Below are positions 11,701 through 23,700 of a stretch of 64,000 nucleotides of DNA, one piece after another. The notes beneath the pieces were generated by a model. That model did not search any database, was not told the origin of the DNA, and saw only the letters and a program-made list of their open reading frames with translations. The translations under genes were made by a program, and so were the position numbers. Positions within the stretch are counted from its first letter, which is position 1, and the number at the start of each line of letters is the position of its first letter. This DNA is from Amoebophrya sp. A120. Its lineage: Eukaryota > Protista > Dinoflagellata. The stretch lies in contig CAJINV010000014.1 in assembly GCA_905178155.1 (NCBI GenBank), positions 1-64,000 of the forward strand, given 5' to 3'.

Positions 11701-14700
11701 CAAATATGTCAGGGTCTGGAAGGATTCAAATTTGTGATGCGAGTTCCACAACATGCCAACATCTGTCATGCGTGGCCAGAAAAAGGCCGCGCTTCGGCTT
11801 CTTGTCACAGAAAAAGTGGATTTGTAGTCATGCGGCTTAAGCATTAGGCTACCTGCCCGAAACCTGTGGCGCTAGGGCTTGCACGCCAGACGATCTGGGT
11901 CAGGCACAAACTGCATGACAAATGTTCGCATTCTCCCAGACCCAGGCTGCATATTTGCAATGCGTACGTTGTGAAAGCAGTACCCGTCCGCCTGTTCCCC
12001 GACCGCGGTTATGACAGTGCACAACCCCCCCTCGCCCTCATTTGTCATACAAAAGCCAAAAGCCCAAATCCACGCGCTGGGCTGCGCTGCCATGTGGCAG
12101 TGTTTGCATGACAGATTGTGGAAGCCTAAACAGTACTGCATGACGCGCGTGAACTTGTCATGCGCAGGCTCCATGTGCGCTGGTGTTTCTATTGCTGCTC
12201 CTCATGCAATACGAACAATGAGGCGGAGGGGGGGGGGTGCACTCTCATAGCGGTGGTGATGCCCTCGGGACGGGTCAGCACCCAATCTATCCAAAGAAAA
12301 AAAGTGCTATGGTATACACATCTGCTGCAACTTGAGCAACACAAACTTGCTCTGCACTTTTGGTTTTGCAGAGAAAACTTGCAATACAGAGACCCTAGGG
12401 GAAAACACGTACGAAACGACTCTCGGGCTCGCATGCCTTTCGTCCGGCGTGAGAGAGGTTGTCTGTCTTGCGCGTTCCGCAACACGATGTGCAACTGTAA
12501 CGCTTTTTTCTTTGCATACGCTCGGCGCCGCACTTAGCAGGGAAGTCCACCGGATAGGTATCCAAGCAAAAAACTGTGTCAGTGTAGCTTTGTGTTCCAG
12601 ACGATGCCAGACATTTACAACTGTCATGCTGGACACACATGCGTCAGTGGCTCTTTTCGAACGTGGTGTCACGTACAACTCGCTACGAGTGACAGGTTTT
12701 GTCTGTTATGCGGAGCAAACTTGTGATGCTGTTCCTCCAAGAAAGTTACACTTACACATACACGACAGTCTTTTTCTCGCATAACACGATGCGGGGGTGG
12801 AATCGCACGGATTGTCCACCGCACAGGTTGCGGGGTTACTCGTCGCCGCTGGGTCCACCCAGTCGCTGCCTCGGTAGTAGGGCGACATACTCGTCCGCAA
12901 TAGTTCGGGCGGCACGAAACTTCCGGTCGTACCAACCGGGAGCCCGTTCAAGGGCAGGAGCGCGGCCGGATCGCTGCTGTCGTAAGTGCTCATCACGTCC
13001 TCCCGACACAGCGCTGTCATGTCCAGGCTGTTCAATCCCGTGTTTTGCGCTTGCGAAGAATCCGGCATATCCTCGGTTTTGATGTTGCAGTCCCCCGTGG
13101 TGCCATCCGTCAGCTTAGCGGTCCCAGCAACACCACCGTCGGGACGGTGGACCAAGTGCTTGCAGCTGGGGTTTTGCGCACAGAGACGGACTATCAAATG
13201 TAAAAATGTCTGGGTCTGGAAAAATGCAAGTTTGTCATGCTTGTCTGGCATGACTCTTAAAACTGTCATGCACATCACCAAACACCCCCACTCTCCTGTC
13301 ATGCAGAAACGTAGTTTGTCATGCAGAATAGGCAACACCTAGAAGCTCAGAAACTTGTCATGCTGAGCCAGCAACTGTGGCCTCCTCATGATATGCCACA
13401 CAGCATCACAAATTTCCAGACCCAGACATTTTTACATTTGATACGGACGCATTCCTGCCACGTTTGTCCGGATGTCGTAGTCGTCGCGCCTCCACTATCC
13501 CCTGCAAATTAACCATCCCCATCCAGTTTGTCATGCAAAACAGACATAAAGTCTTCTGTTTGTCATGCACAAAGTGGATGGGGATGGTTAATTTTCACGG
13601 AATATCCACCGTAGTCGGTATTCAACAAAGGTCTACAGACGGACGACCCAGACGCCGTGCCGGCCAAAACGTCGTCTATGGGATTCCCAAACGTTTACAT
13701 CCTCAGTCAGCTGTATACATGAATTAGTAATGCAAGAATGGCAATAAAATTAGTAATGCAAGAATGGCAAAAGTGAAAGGAGTGGAGGAAGATCACGCCT
13801 TTTGCATTACAGGTTTGCCACGGATTCTAGTGCTATTAATTTAGCGCGTCGAGAAGTTGTTGTCATGCGAAGAATCATCATTTAGTGGACACCCGCTCCC
13901 AGCGCCAAAGGTCAGGGACGCCCTCGCCGGGGGGTGGGCGAGGAAGCACTTTCGGCGACCTCATCACACAAGATCGTGTGAAGATGAGTGATGCTGCTTT
14001 TGCATGGCAAATCATGGTTGTAACAGTTGAGAATGTAACGTTTGAAAGCGCCATATCGCACTCGGCGATGTTTCTGCCCTGCCAGGTGGCAACCTCCGCG
14101 GCGTTCGTCGTGCAGCCAGCGGCCATCAGCTCGCACCCTGATGCAGTTTGGCCGACGATCGGCATAAAGAACGCGCTGCACTCGGGAGTCAAGGCACAAA
14201 GGTATCGGCACTCGCTGATGGTGTAGTCGCGGTCCACGTACTTGGTCTGCACTTGGCGCGGGATAGCGTGATTGAACGAGACGCCGTCCGGGGGCGTGCA
14301 GTGCCCAGCATACGCCACCGGGCACGTGGTAGCGTCAACCTGCGGCACTGCCGTGGCGTCCACACACGTGGCGCTCAGTTTGGCCAAGGTGTAGAAGTGA
14401 GCTGCGTGCACGTCCGAAACCCGATCTTGGGTGCATCCGGCTCTGTAAAGCTTGCAGGTGATTGCTCCGCCGGGGCTCTCGACAACGAAGGCCGCACAGT
14501 TCGCATTGGCGCGACACCGCGCGGCACAAGCCTGCCACGGAATGTCATTTCCCTCGTTCGAGATAAGCAGGCTGCTGTCTTCATTGCACCCGCCGATCCA
14601 CTCCATGGCGCAGATCGGGGTCGCGTGCACGTCTTCCATGGGACGCGTCGTAGTCGTCGTCGTGGAGGTCGCCGTGCGACAGGTCTCGAGCTTCCACGAC

Positions 14701-17700
14701 TGCCACTCTGTGGCGGTACCTTGCCTCCCACATTTCGCAGCATTGTACAACAGCGCGCAGTGTTTTCGGTCTGTGGTGGTTGTGTCGTACAGCCTTAGCA
14801 TAAACGAGTCGCAACCTTTCGTGACAGCGCACAGGTACCGACATTCGGCCACCGTGTAGGCTCGCCGGTTGTCTTCGTAGAACCTCGAAGCGGACCCGTC
14901 CGCAGGGCAACTGCCGTGCGTCGTGAGAATTATTCCCACGCCGCCATTCTTCGGACAGGAATCCGTGTCAATCGGCGGGACCGCGGAGCTGTCGCGGCAA
15001 TAGGCGCTGTTCTTCTCGAGGGAGTAATATTTCGTTGTACGGAGCTTCTTCGTCTTTTGCTGGTCCGGGCCAGGTGTGATGTCCTCGCCCCGAGAAAAGC
15101 CAGCCTTTGTAAATTTACAGCCTCCATCGCTCGCGCAAAAGCCGGTAGCTAACGCGGACGGGTTGCACATTTCGAAGCCAGCGCATTCCGGGTCCTCGCG
15201 ACAGCGCGCGTCGCAGACCTTCAAGTTCCCGTTCGCCGTGGGTAGCGCCAAGCTTGTTTTCTCATCGAAGTTCAGCGGGATTCCACTGAACTCCGCGGGA
15301 CACACGTCGTACCCGACGGCGCTGGCCCCCGGATGCGCGTGCACGCCCGGCGCGACCGAACGGGATGCCAGGCGGCAACTGCGCATCTCGTACCCTGTCA
15401 CGGCGTCTGCGTCCTGTGCGTTGGTGGAGCACCCCTCTCGAACCAGGTCACACGTACGCGGGAACGCGGTTGTGAGGAAAAACGCGGAGCATTCCTTTTC
15501 CTGCGAACACAGGTAGCGGCACTCGCTCGGCGTGTAGGGGCGCTGTTCGCCGGAATACCGCAGCAGCAACAGGTCGGCCTCGTACGATACGCCAGACGGG
15601 GGTACACAGGAACCGTAAAACGCGGGAGCGCAGGAAACCGAGTCCACCTTCGGCACCTCCGTCCGCTCCAGGCAGGTTTCCTGGTTCCTTGCCAAGGTGT
15701 AGTACGCCAAGCTCCCGGCCCCGCTGGTCGGCCCGCTGGTCGGTCCGGTCCTCGCGCACGCCCGCTCGGTTTTGCGGAAGAAGGAACACTTGGCCCCTTT
15801 GCCCTCACTGGTCGCACCTTCGTAGACGTACACGTGGGCGCCGCAGATTGTAAGGGGGTCGTCCCCAAAGGTGTAAGACGTCCCTTTGGAGGTGCGGTCC
15901 AATTGGGCTAGCACGTACACCCGCTGCACCGGCTGCTTCGCCAAGAGGGTGGCGCTGCCCGCGTCCAGGCTGACCACCGTGCCGCCTTCGCTGCCCGGAA
16001 GCACGCGCCCGAGCTGAATGTAGTCCGTGCCCGCCACCATGGTGCCGCCGGTGAGCAGGCCGTACAGCTCCCCCGCGATGGCGGCGTAGTTGCTCGATTG
16101 ATCTTCGTCCACTGTGATCGGCGGATCCAGCCACACGGTCGCGTAGTCCAGGCGTTCCTTCAGCGAGGGGTCCGACACATCCCGGTTGAACAGGTGCAAG
16201 TGGGACATGTGCCGCCGAATGGAATTCTTGAACCCGACCCGCCACCAGTTGAGACCCGTCTCCGGAGTGCTGTCGGTAGCGCCGGTCCCCGCCGTGAAAG
16301 CGCACGTGTCACCCCAGGGGGAGCTGCCACGTTCGTACCCGAGCGGGTTCGTCGCCACTTTGTCCGTATAGCTGCTGTGGCTGCCATCAATGCTCACCTG
16401 CTCCGCCGTCAGGTCTGCCTGTGCCACCCGTGTTGGCGCACCCACCAAGGTAAATCCCACGCAGTCGGCGATGGAGCGGCACTCCGCATCGCACGACTGC
16501 ACGGACTGGCCCGCATTGGCCGACTCGGAAATCTGTAGCGGGTGGGACAGCGCGGCGGCGCGGTAGTAAACCGCGGCCGCCGCCGCCTGATCCGAAACAA
16601 AATACGCCCCGCAGCCGCCGCGCCAAGCCGCCGCGCACACCGGGTCGGTAAGGTCGCGCGGAACACGGTCTCGCCGCTCTGGCTGCTCAGCCCCCGCCTC
16701 ATTCGCCGGCTGCGGAAGCTGGTCCAAGAAGGGAATCAGCACGCAAATGTTATCCTGTGTAAAAACGTCTCCTGTCATGCAAATGTTGCGCAATGACAGG
16801 AACATTTCATCTCCATGAGGGGCATTTTCAATCGAGTTTTGGCCTTTGTAATTCTGTAAACAGGATGAGCAACTGGCTTTCTCGTGCGGCTTCCCTTGCT
16901 AACTGTAACTACCACTACACTGCAGATGGAATCTTGTCATGCACAACTCCCAACACGCCCTCGCGGAGATTTGTGTTGCAGATTTACCGACTTGACCAAG
17001 GGGTCATGGGAAGGCTTTTGCTCAAGATAAGTGTGGTAGTCGTCCGCGTGGCTGAGGTAGCTTGGCCGAAACCAGTCGCGGATCTGGGCCACATGGTTCA
17101 GCCTTTGGCACTCGGGCGGGTCGTACTGATTTATCTCGTTGGTGCTTTTTTCCAACCGGCAGGACGCGCCCAGTCGCCCGTTTTCACTGTTGCACTTAGT
17201 GCACCACCCAGGGACTGTTTCACTTACTGCACCACTGCAGGGGAAGTGACTCTCCTGCGGCCGGGGACCACAGCCCGTGCACAAAGGCTTCTCGACCGGA
17301 CCGGCCGAGCTGGCAGACGGCTCGGCGGTTGCAGTGCTGCTGCTGGTGTGCGAAGCGTGGAGGATCTTCGGACGACCTGCTCGGTCGGTATCGTGGAAAG
17401 GCATTCCGTGCCCCGGGAGGGCGGTCAGCTGGCGCGGATCGGGCATTAGCCGGATCGAGACCGTGTGGAGCTCACCAGCGGTGATAGTGGCCCCAGGGAG
17501 CAGCGCAGGATCCCAGATTTGCAGCGTTTGGTTAAAAACCTGTCCCGGGATGTCGTGCCACGCATCTCCCGGCTTCCAGCCGGCCCCGCCTCGCAGCGTG
17601 AAATAATCCAACTCGACAATGTACTCCTTGCCTTCCTCCTCGCACTGTAGCACCAACTCGAACGAAGTCTTGGCATCGCACATGTCGGCGTTCAGGTAGC

Positions 17701-20700
17701 TGATACCGCAAGATTCCTCCGACCCCCACTTCTCAGCCACGAACGTCATCTCGAAAGACTCCAGCACTTCCTCCGGACTGACTTCCACTCCCACAAAGAG
17801 CGACGTCGCGTTGCACTTCCGCTGGTCCGCCAGAGAGCTGGTCGGCGTGGTGCCCGGCTCCGTTTCCCCGCCGCAACCGAGATGGCACACCCAGTGGTTG
17901 AACTCGTAGCGGTTGTCCGAGGCACAGCCGTGGCAAACCCAGTATTGCCCCCCGAAAGCGGGCGTGAGCCCCTCGCAGGGGCGGGCGTCCGCGTCCACGC
18001 CACCCCGGGCAAAGTCGCCGGACCGGATCGTTTTATCGTTCACTTTCATCTGCAGGAACACATCGGCGTCCGGAGAGAACAGGTTGGCGCCCGTGACGAA
18101 GTCAAAGGCGTGCTCGTGGGACGCACGGAAGTCGGTGGCTACCGTGCCGCCCAGGCTCGGAAAATGGGGAAAAAAGAAGGAGCGCGCCAGGTCCGCGTGG
18201 ATCTCCAGGGAATGCTGCACGCGCGCACCAGGCGTGGTGCCCCGTTCCTCCTCTTCGCAAATCTGGCCTCGCTTGACGCAGTGGCAGTAGAAGCTGAGTC
18301 CGGACCCGTCGGTGACGGGCAGAATGCCGTACGTCAGCACCGCCCCGCATTCGCGATCCACGTCCACCACTGCCCGGCAGCTTTCTGCCGTGTTGGCAGT
18401 CGCAGCGAGCGCCTTAACCACGGTCCCGACCGTGCCACCGCAGGCGTAATTCTGCTTCCCGCTTCCGATGGGGTACTTGCGAAACCAGCGGGGCGAAGAC
18501 ACCGTCTTGGCCGCGGCCACCGTGCGAATGCCGATTTCGCGCGCATACAGGGTGTCCGCACCGGTGGTCCGCGCAGCTCTCGGCGGGAGCAGGTACGAGG
18601 AGGCGCCCGGGACAAGCACGTCGCTGGCTGTTGCCGTCGTAGTTCCTGCCCCGCCGCTTGAAGTAGAAGACGCACTGGTCGCGGTCGTCGTGTAGTTCCG
18701 GGACTGCACGAGCCAGGAGGGCGCCACGTAGTGGGTGGCGTAGTTCAGCAATGGCTTGACGCGTTCGCGGCCTGTGTAGGGGCTCCGCATCAGACTGGCG
18801 CGGTCCCGTGTGGCGTCCTGGTCTTCGAACGTCATCTGGGTCCGTACGTAGATCCACGCGCCCGCGAGCAAGATATTTTTCGCGTGTCCGCGATGGCCCA
18901 CGCTGAAGCCGACAATCCACTGCTCCACATTGTGCCACCGTCCGGAAGCCGGAATTTCGCCCGTATTCCCGCCATACTCGTCGCCGTACGGCCACGCGGC
19001 AAGAAAGTGGTCGCCTCTCGTGAAAGGCACGCGGTCGCGGTGCAATAATGTGAAGAGCGCGATGCTGAGATGATTTTGCCGACTCCAGTACGACCCTGCG
19101 TCCTCGGCGCGGTTGAACAAAACAATGGCTGCAACGTAACGCGGAATGTTGTCGGGAAACACCACTTTCCACCAGCCCATTTCACTCGCTGCCGTAACCG
19201 TGTGGACCGGAATGTGTTGGTACCGGATCCACTGCATGCCCAATCCGTATGCATTAGTCTTCGTCAAGTGGTAGTCGTGTCGCCGCGGGCTGTAGTCCCC
19301 GTACTGGCGGTTCAGGGGCCCCTCAAAAGCGACCTCGTGGTAAGGGTCAAGCGCTCCGGTACCCCCTGGGTAGACGTCCGCGCCCCGCCCGCTCGCCGTC
19401 AGCATCTTGCTTTGCCACGGGTCCAACATCTCCCCGGGATGGGGCGACAGGGGCTCGGCGCGCGCCAGAAAGAGGTGGAACCCGCACACCGTCAGGGCCT
19501 GGTCGCCGAATCCACTGGCGCCGTCGTTGACGATTTTGATGCGGCGGAACCAGCGGTATGCATTGCAAGAAAATTATCGTACTAGTATAAATCGCAATAC
19601 AAATTGCCTCAGCATTAATAGAAATGGAATTTGCAATGCTGTTTTACGTTTAGGAAGAACATTTGTCACGACGCATAGTTGCAATTACTACGAGCAGTAC
19701 GATACTTTTGCACAGGATAAGCGGCGCACGGGGACGTAGGTCCCGAACGGGGATACGTACAGCGGGAGCCGGAAGGCCGCCGTCACCTCGTCGTCGAAAA
19801 AGACAGCAGCCTGGGCGAGGGACTGACCCTATATGCCCTCGCGACTGTAGATGACAAAGCCGTCCACCGGCCGCGCAGTGGAGTGGGTGGACCGCCCCAT
19901 GTCCGCATTGATGCTGACCCCGGGCTTATCGAAAGGAAAAATCTCCCCTCCCCATATCAAATAAAACGCAATTTCTGAGGCTGGATTATTTGTGTACACA
20001 GAGCAGCTTTGTATTGCAGGAAGGCATTGCGGCCAGATCCCCGCGCTAGGTAGGGGCGTATTGGTCTAGTTGTTCACCATGGCAAACCGCTCCCCTTTAG
20101 GCCCAACAGCATGACAAATCGCTTCCACAATGGGGCGGAAGCTTCTGCCCTGGTCTTCTTGCAAGACAAATGTGATTTGTGAACTCAAATCAGCAACACA
20201 AATTTTCGGAAGCATACCTTTTCACTATGGGGAGGGGGAGTTTTTCCTTTTAATAGGGCTCCTGGAATTCCGCCTGCCAGAACGCGGTACCGCGAACGGC
20301 CGGCACGTCCGTTTGGCTGCACTGCCTATGAAAGTGCACAACTACCCCTCCCCCTCGTTTGTCATGCAAGATCCCAAATCCAGCTGCTGCCTTGTAGCAC
20401 TGTTTGCACCATGCTGACAAACTCTGGAAGCCCAAACAGTACTACATGAGGCGCATAAATTTCAAATTGTCAACATGCATAGGCTCCATGTGTGCTGGTG
20501 TCTGTATTACTGCTCATGCCATACGAATGGGGGGGAGGGGGAGTTGTGCACTGTCATACTGGGACGCGAGGGACGCGAAGGCAGAGGAGTCGTAGTAGGC
20601 GCGCGCCACCAGCGACGTGTCCGCGGCACCGGTGCCGGGGGCGTGGCTCGCCTTCAAAGTGCCGGTGTCATACGAGGAGACTCGGGGCGACTCGTTTGGC

Positions 20701-23700
20701 CGCTTCCCGCCGTCAAAGAGCAGCCCCGGAAGCGCCGCGTTGGGCTTCAGGACCATGACGCGGTCCCAGGGAATCCGCCTATGAAAGCCTCAGAATGGAA
20801 ATTCTCAAAGTGGAATATAATTTGATGTAATGCATGATGAAATGCGGCACCAAAAAGACTGCATTCAAGAGAAGGCAATGGAGTCCGACTAATATTGTAG
20901 TGCTTCTACGGATTCAGAATTATTGGGCTGCTGACTTATTAGCACGATAGAGGGTCACGTCCCCTTTGCCTAACTAGCATGACAGACGCGTTTTGAGTGC
21001 CCCCGGGGAAATTTGTCATGCGCCGACTAGAAATGGCACTTCAACTGGAATGATCGTTTTTTTTGCAATTGCAAATTTACTATATTTTCACCTTGAGGAT
21101 TTCCAACCTGATGCTTTCATACCGCCACCAGTGCTGGGGCAGGGGAATGCTGAGCTGGCGTTCCTCCACCTCCGCCAGGGAAAGTTTCTCGCTAGCCCCG
21201 GTACTAGTCGCGAGCTCGTCCTCGGCAGAAAGCATGACGCCACTGGTCCGGAACTCGCTCTCGCGCAGGACACTCTTTCGGCACTCCGCCGTCATCTCCA
21301 TCGCGTCGACGTAGCTCTGTGCCGACTTTGTTATGGAGGCATCCGCGGCCCATCCCAACAACAGGCAGCCATTGGTTGGGTCCCGCACGAAACCGTTGCA
21401 GGTGGGGTAATGCGCGCAGGTAAGCATGCACTCCTCGAAGCTGGAAAATTTCGACGCGCCACGACTGCCATAGGAAAAGGAGCCGTCCAGATCAGTGCCC
21501 CCGACGAGTGTCGTGCCTTCGTCCCGAACGCACGTCGTTGGGATGGGGATCTGGGTCATCACGTGCGCCAAGCGGAAGCTCGCTTTCCACGGGTCCAGAA
21601 ACTTCAGGAGCTGGCTACGGCAACCAGAAGACACCACTGTCACGTCGTAGTCGTAGTTCGTCTGCCACTTCACATGGGTCATGTCACCAGTTTCAAAGCT
21701 ATTCTTCTCTAGGAGGCAGTTACTGCTTTGAGGTGGAAAACCGCGCTTGTGAAAATTGAAGCCCGTGCACTCTTCCACCGCTGCACAGCTCAGGAGACAG
21801 TCCTGGTAGGTGCGCGCCTGCGGCACCGTCTCGAAGCCGGCGTCATTATAAAACCGGTTTAGGTACCGTGCGCAATCCGCCGGCGGCGCGTGGAACTTTC
21901 GCGGCACCATCCGGCGGCGGCACTTCGGGGTCATCACCAGCGAATCGGTGGTCAGGTCCGTCACGGCCGCGCTCGCGGGCATGTCCTGTTTGAGGCGGCA
22001 GTTTTTTTCGTTCACCCCGGCCCCCTATCAATCGCAAATATGTCTCCTGGTCTGGAGGAAGATTCTGAGACTTGTCACGCACGTTTTGCGTGAGCCATGA
22101 TGTCTGTGATGCATGCCGTAGCATTCCAGATTTTTTGACAGGTTCTTGATGATGCCAATTCCGCATGACAAATGCCCTCCTCCTCTCCGAGTAACAAGAT
22201 TAGTATTACATTCCCTTTGCTGCTCATGTAATACAAAACTTTTTCCAAATAATCCAAAAGCAGCATCACAGGTTGCATTCTTCCAGACCACCCAGACATA
22301 TTTCCACTTCATACCCCCAGCCGGAACGTGATCCCGGCACAGCCTTCGAGTTTGGCACAGATGCGGACGCAGCCTTCAAAATGCACCGCGTCGGTCACGA
22401 AGTCCGCCGCTTGGGCGGACCCGCCGAGCGCGTTCCCCCCGAGCGGAAGCGGGTAGTCCAGGAACTTGAGCCGTTTGCAGTAATACTTTGCGTCCCCCTC
22501 CGCGGAAGGAGCGCCGTAGGCCGGGACTGGAACCTCGAAGATGTTCGCTCGGGACAGCAAAGCGGTGGTGCGGTTGGCGGCCGCCTGGTAGGCCGCCAGG
22601 GAGGCAAATTGGGGGACGCCGCGGGTAACGAACAGGTGGAAGCCCGCCACGCGGAGGTAACTGTCTCGGTTTCCGTCATAGTTGGGGCCGTTCGCGGACA
22701 CCAGGCGAATGCTGAACACCCACCGGTGCACATTGACCCAGGAGGTGCGGGCACTCTCACTGCCCCCCGACAAAGGGCTGGGGACGTAAGAACTGTCCCA
22801 GTCGTACTCTGCATGACGTAATTAGCGGCCCTTTCATAAGGGTCATAGCTCAAGCGACGTTTCACATTCTGGCCCCCGCCACTGACGGTAGCAACTAGAC
22901 GCAGCCCGCGCGTGAGCGCGGCTTCCCCGATGAGACACCTCGAGGCCGCGAGATCTCACTCCAAGCGAGCGAAGTGAAGAACTTCCCGCCCGGTCCGCCG
23001 TCGGTTGGGGAGTCGGGGTCTTCACCCCGAAGACCCCGCCTAGTAGCCCGCTGCCCTCCTCTACCCGCGAAAATTTTTGGGGGGCTAAGGGAGGTTTCGG
23101 CCTTCAGACCGTCGCATAGCTTTTCGCGAAACAGAAAAAGGCTCGCTCGTGGCGGAGCCGCACCGGCCAAACTTCCAAGGGGCGAAGTAAGGTTTTTTTT
23201 TCAAAACCTCCAGTAGGAAATATTTATCAGCTGCTTTCACCCTTACAGACGTGCAGAACAGCGGATAAATATTTCCTACCCGAGGTTTTGCCAAAAAAAA
23301 AACTACCTCGGGTAGCAAAAAGCAGAAAATACATTTTTCCTACCCGGTTTTTTTTTTAGTTTGTTTACCCATGATCACGAATCCCGCGAGTCCTAGAGCA
23401 TTGCAAGCTATTTCCCTACTACTTGCCCACCTATTTTCTACGTCTACGCGCACACTGCTCTGGTGCGTGTCAGATGGCTGCTTACTCGAAATTCATGCCC
23501 CAATACTCCCCGCGCAAATTTTTCTGCGAAGCCTCCATCCAGCAGTCCCCCCGCAGAGCAGCCGTCTCCATGTAGCACTCCGAAGCGCTCACCTGAGTAC
23601 TGAGTTACTACAGCGCAGCGTGGCGCATCTTCCAGGTCCCTACACAGTCAAAACCTGTAGAAATGTGCGGACTATGAGTTTTCTTCTGGCGTGTTTGTGT

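Noticed and set aside
19829-19831. Stop-codon reassignment as the explanation for the in-frame TAG
   Set aside because: It is a single case, long exons contain no other in-frame stops, and gene 3 appears to end in TAG.
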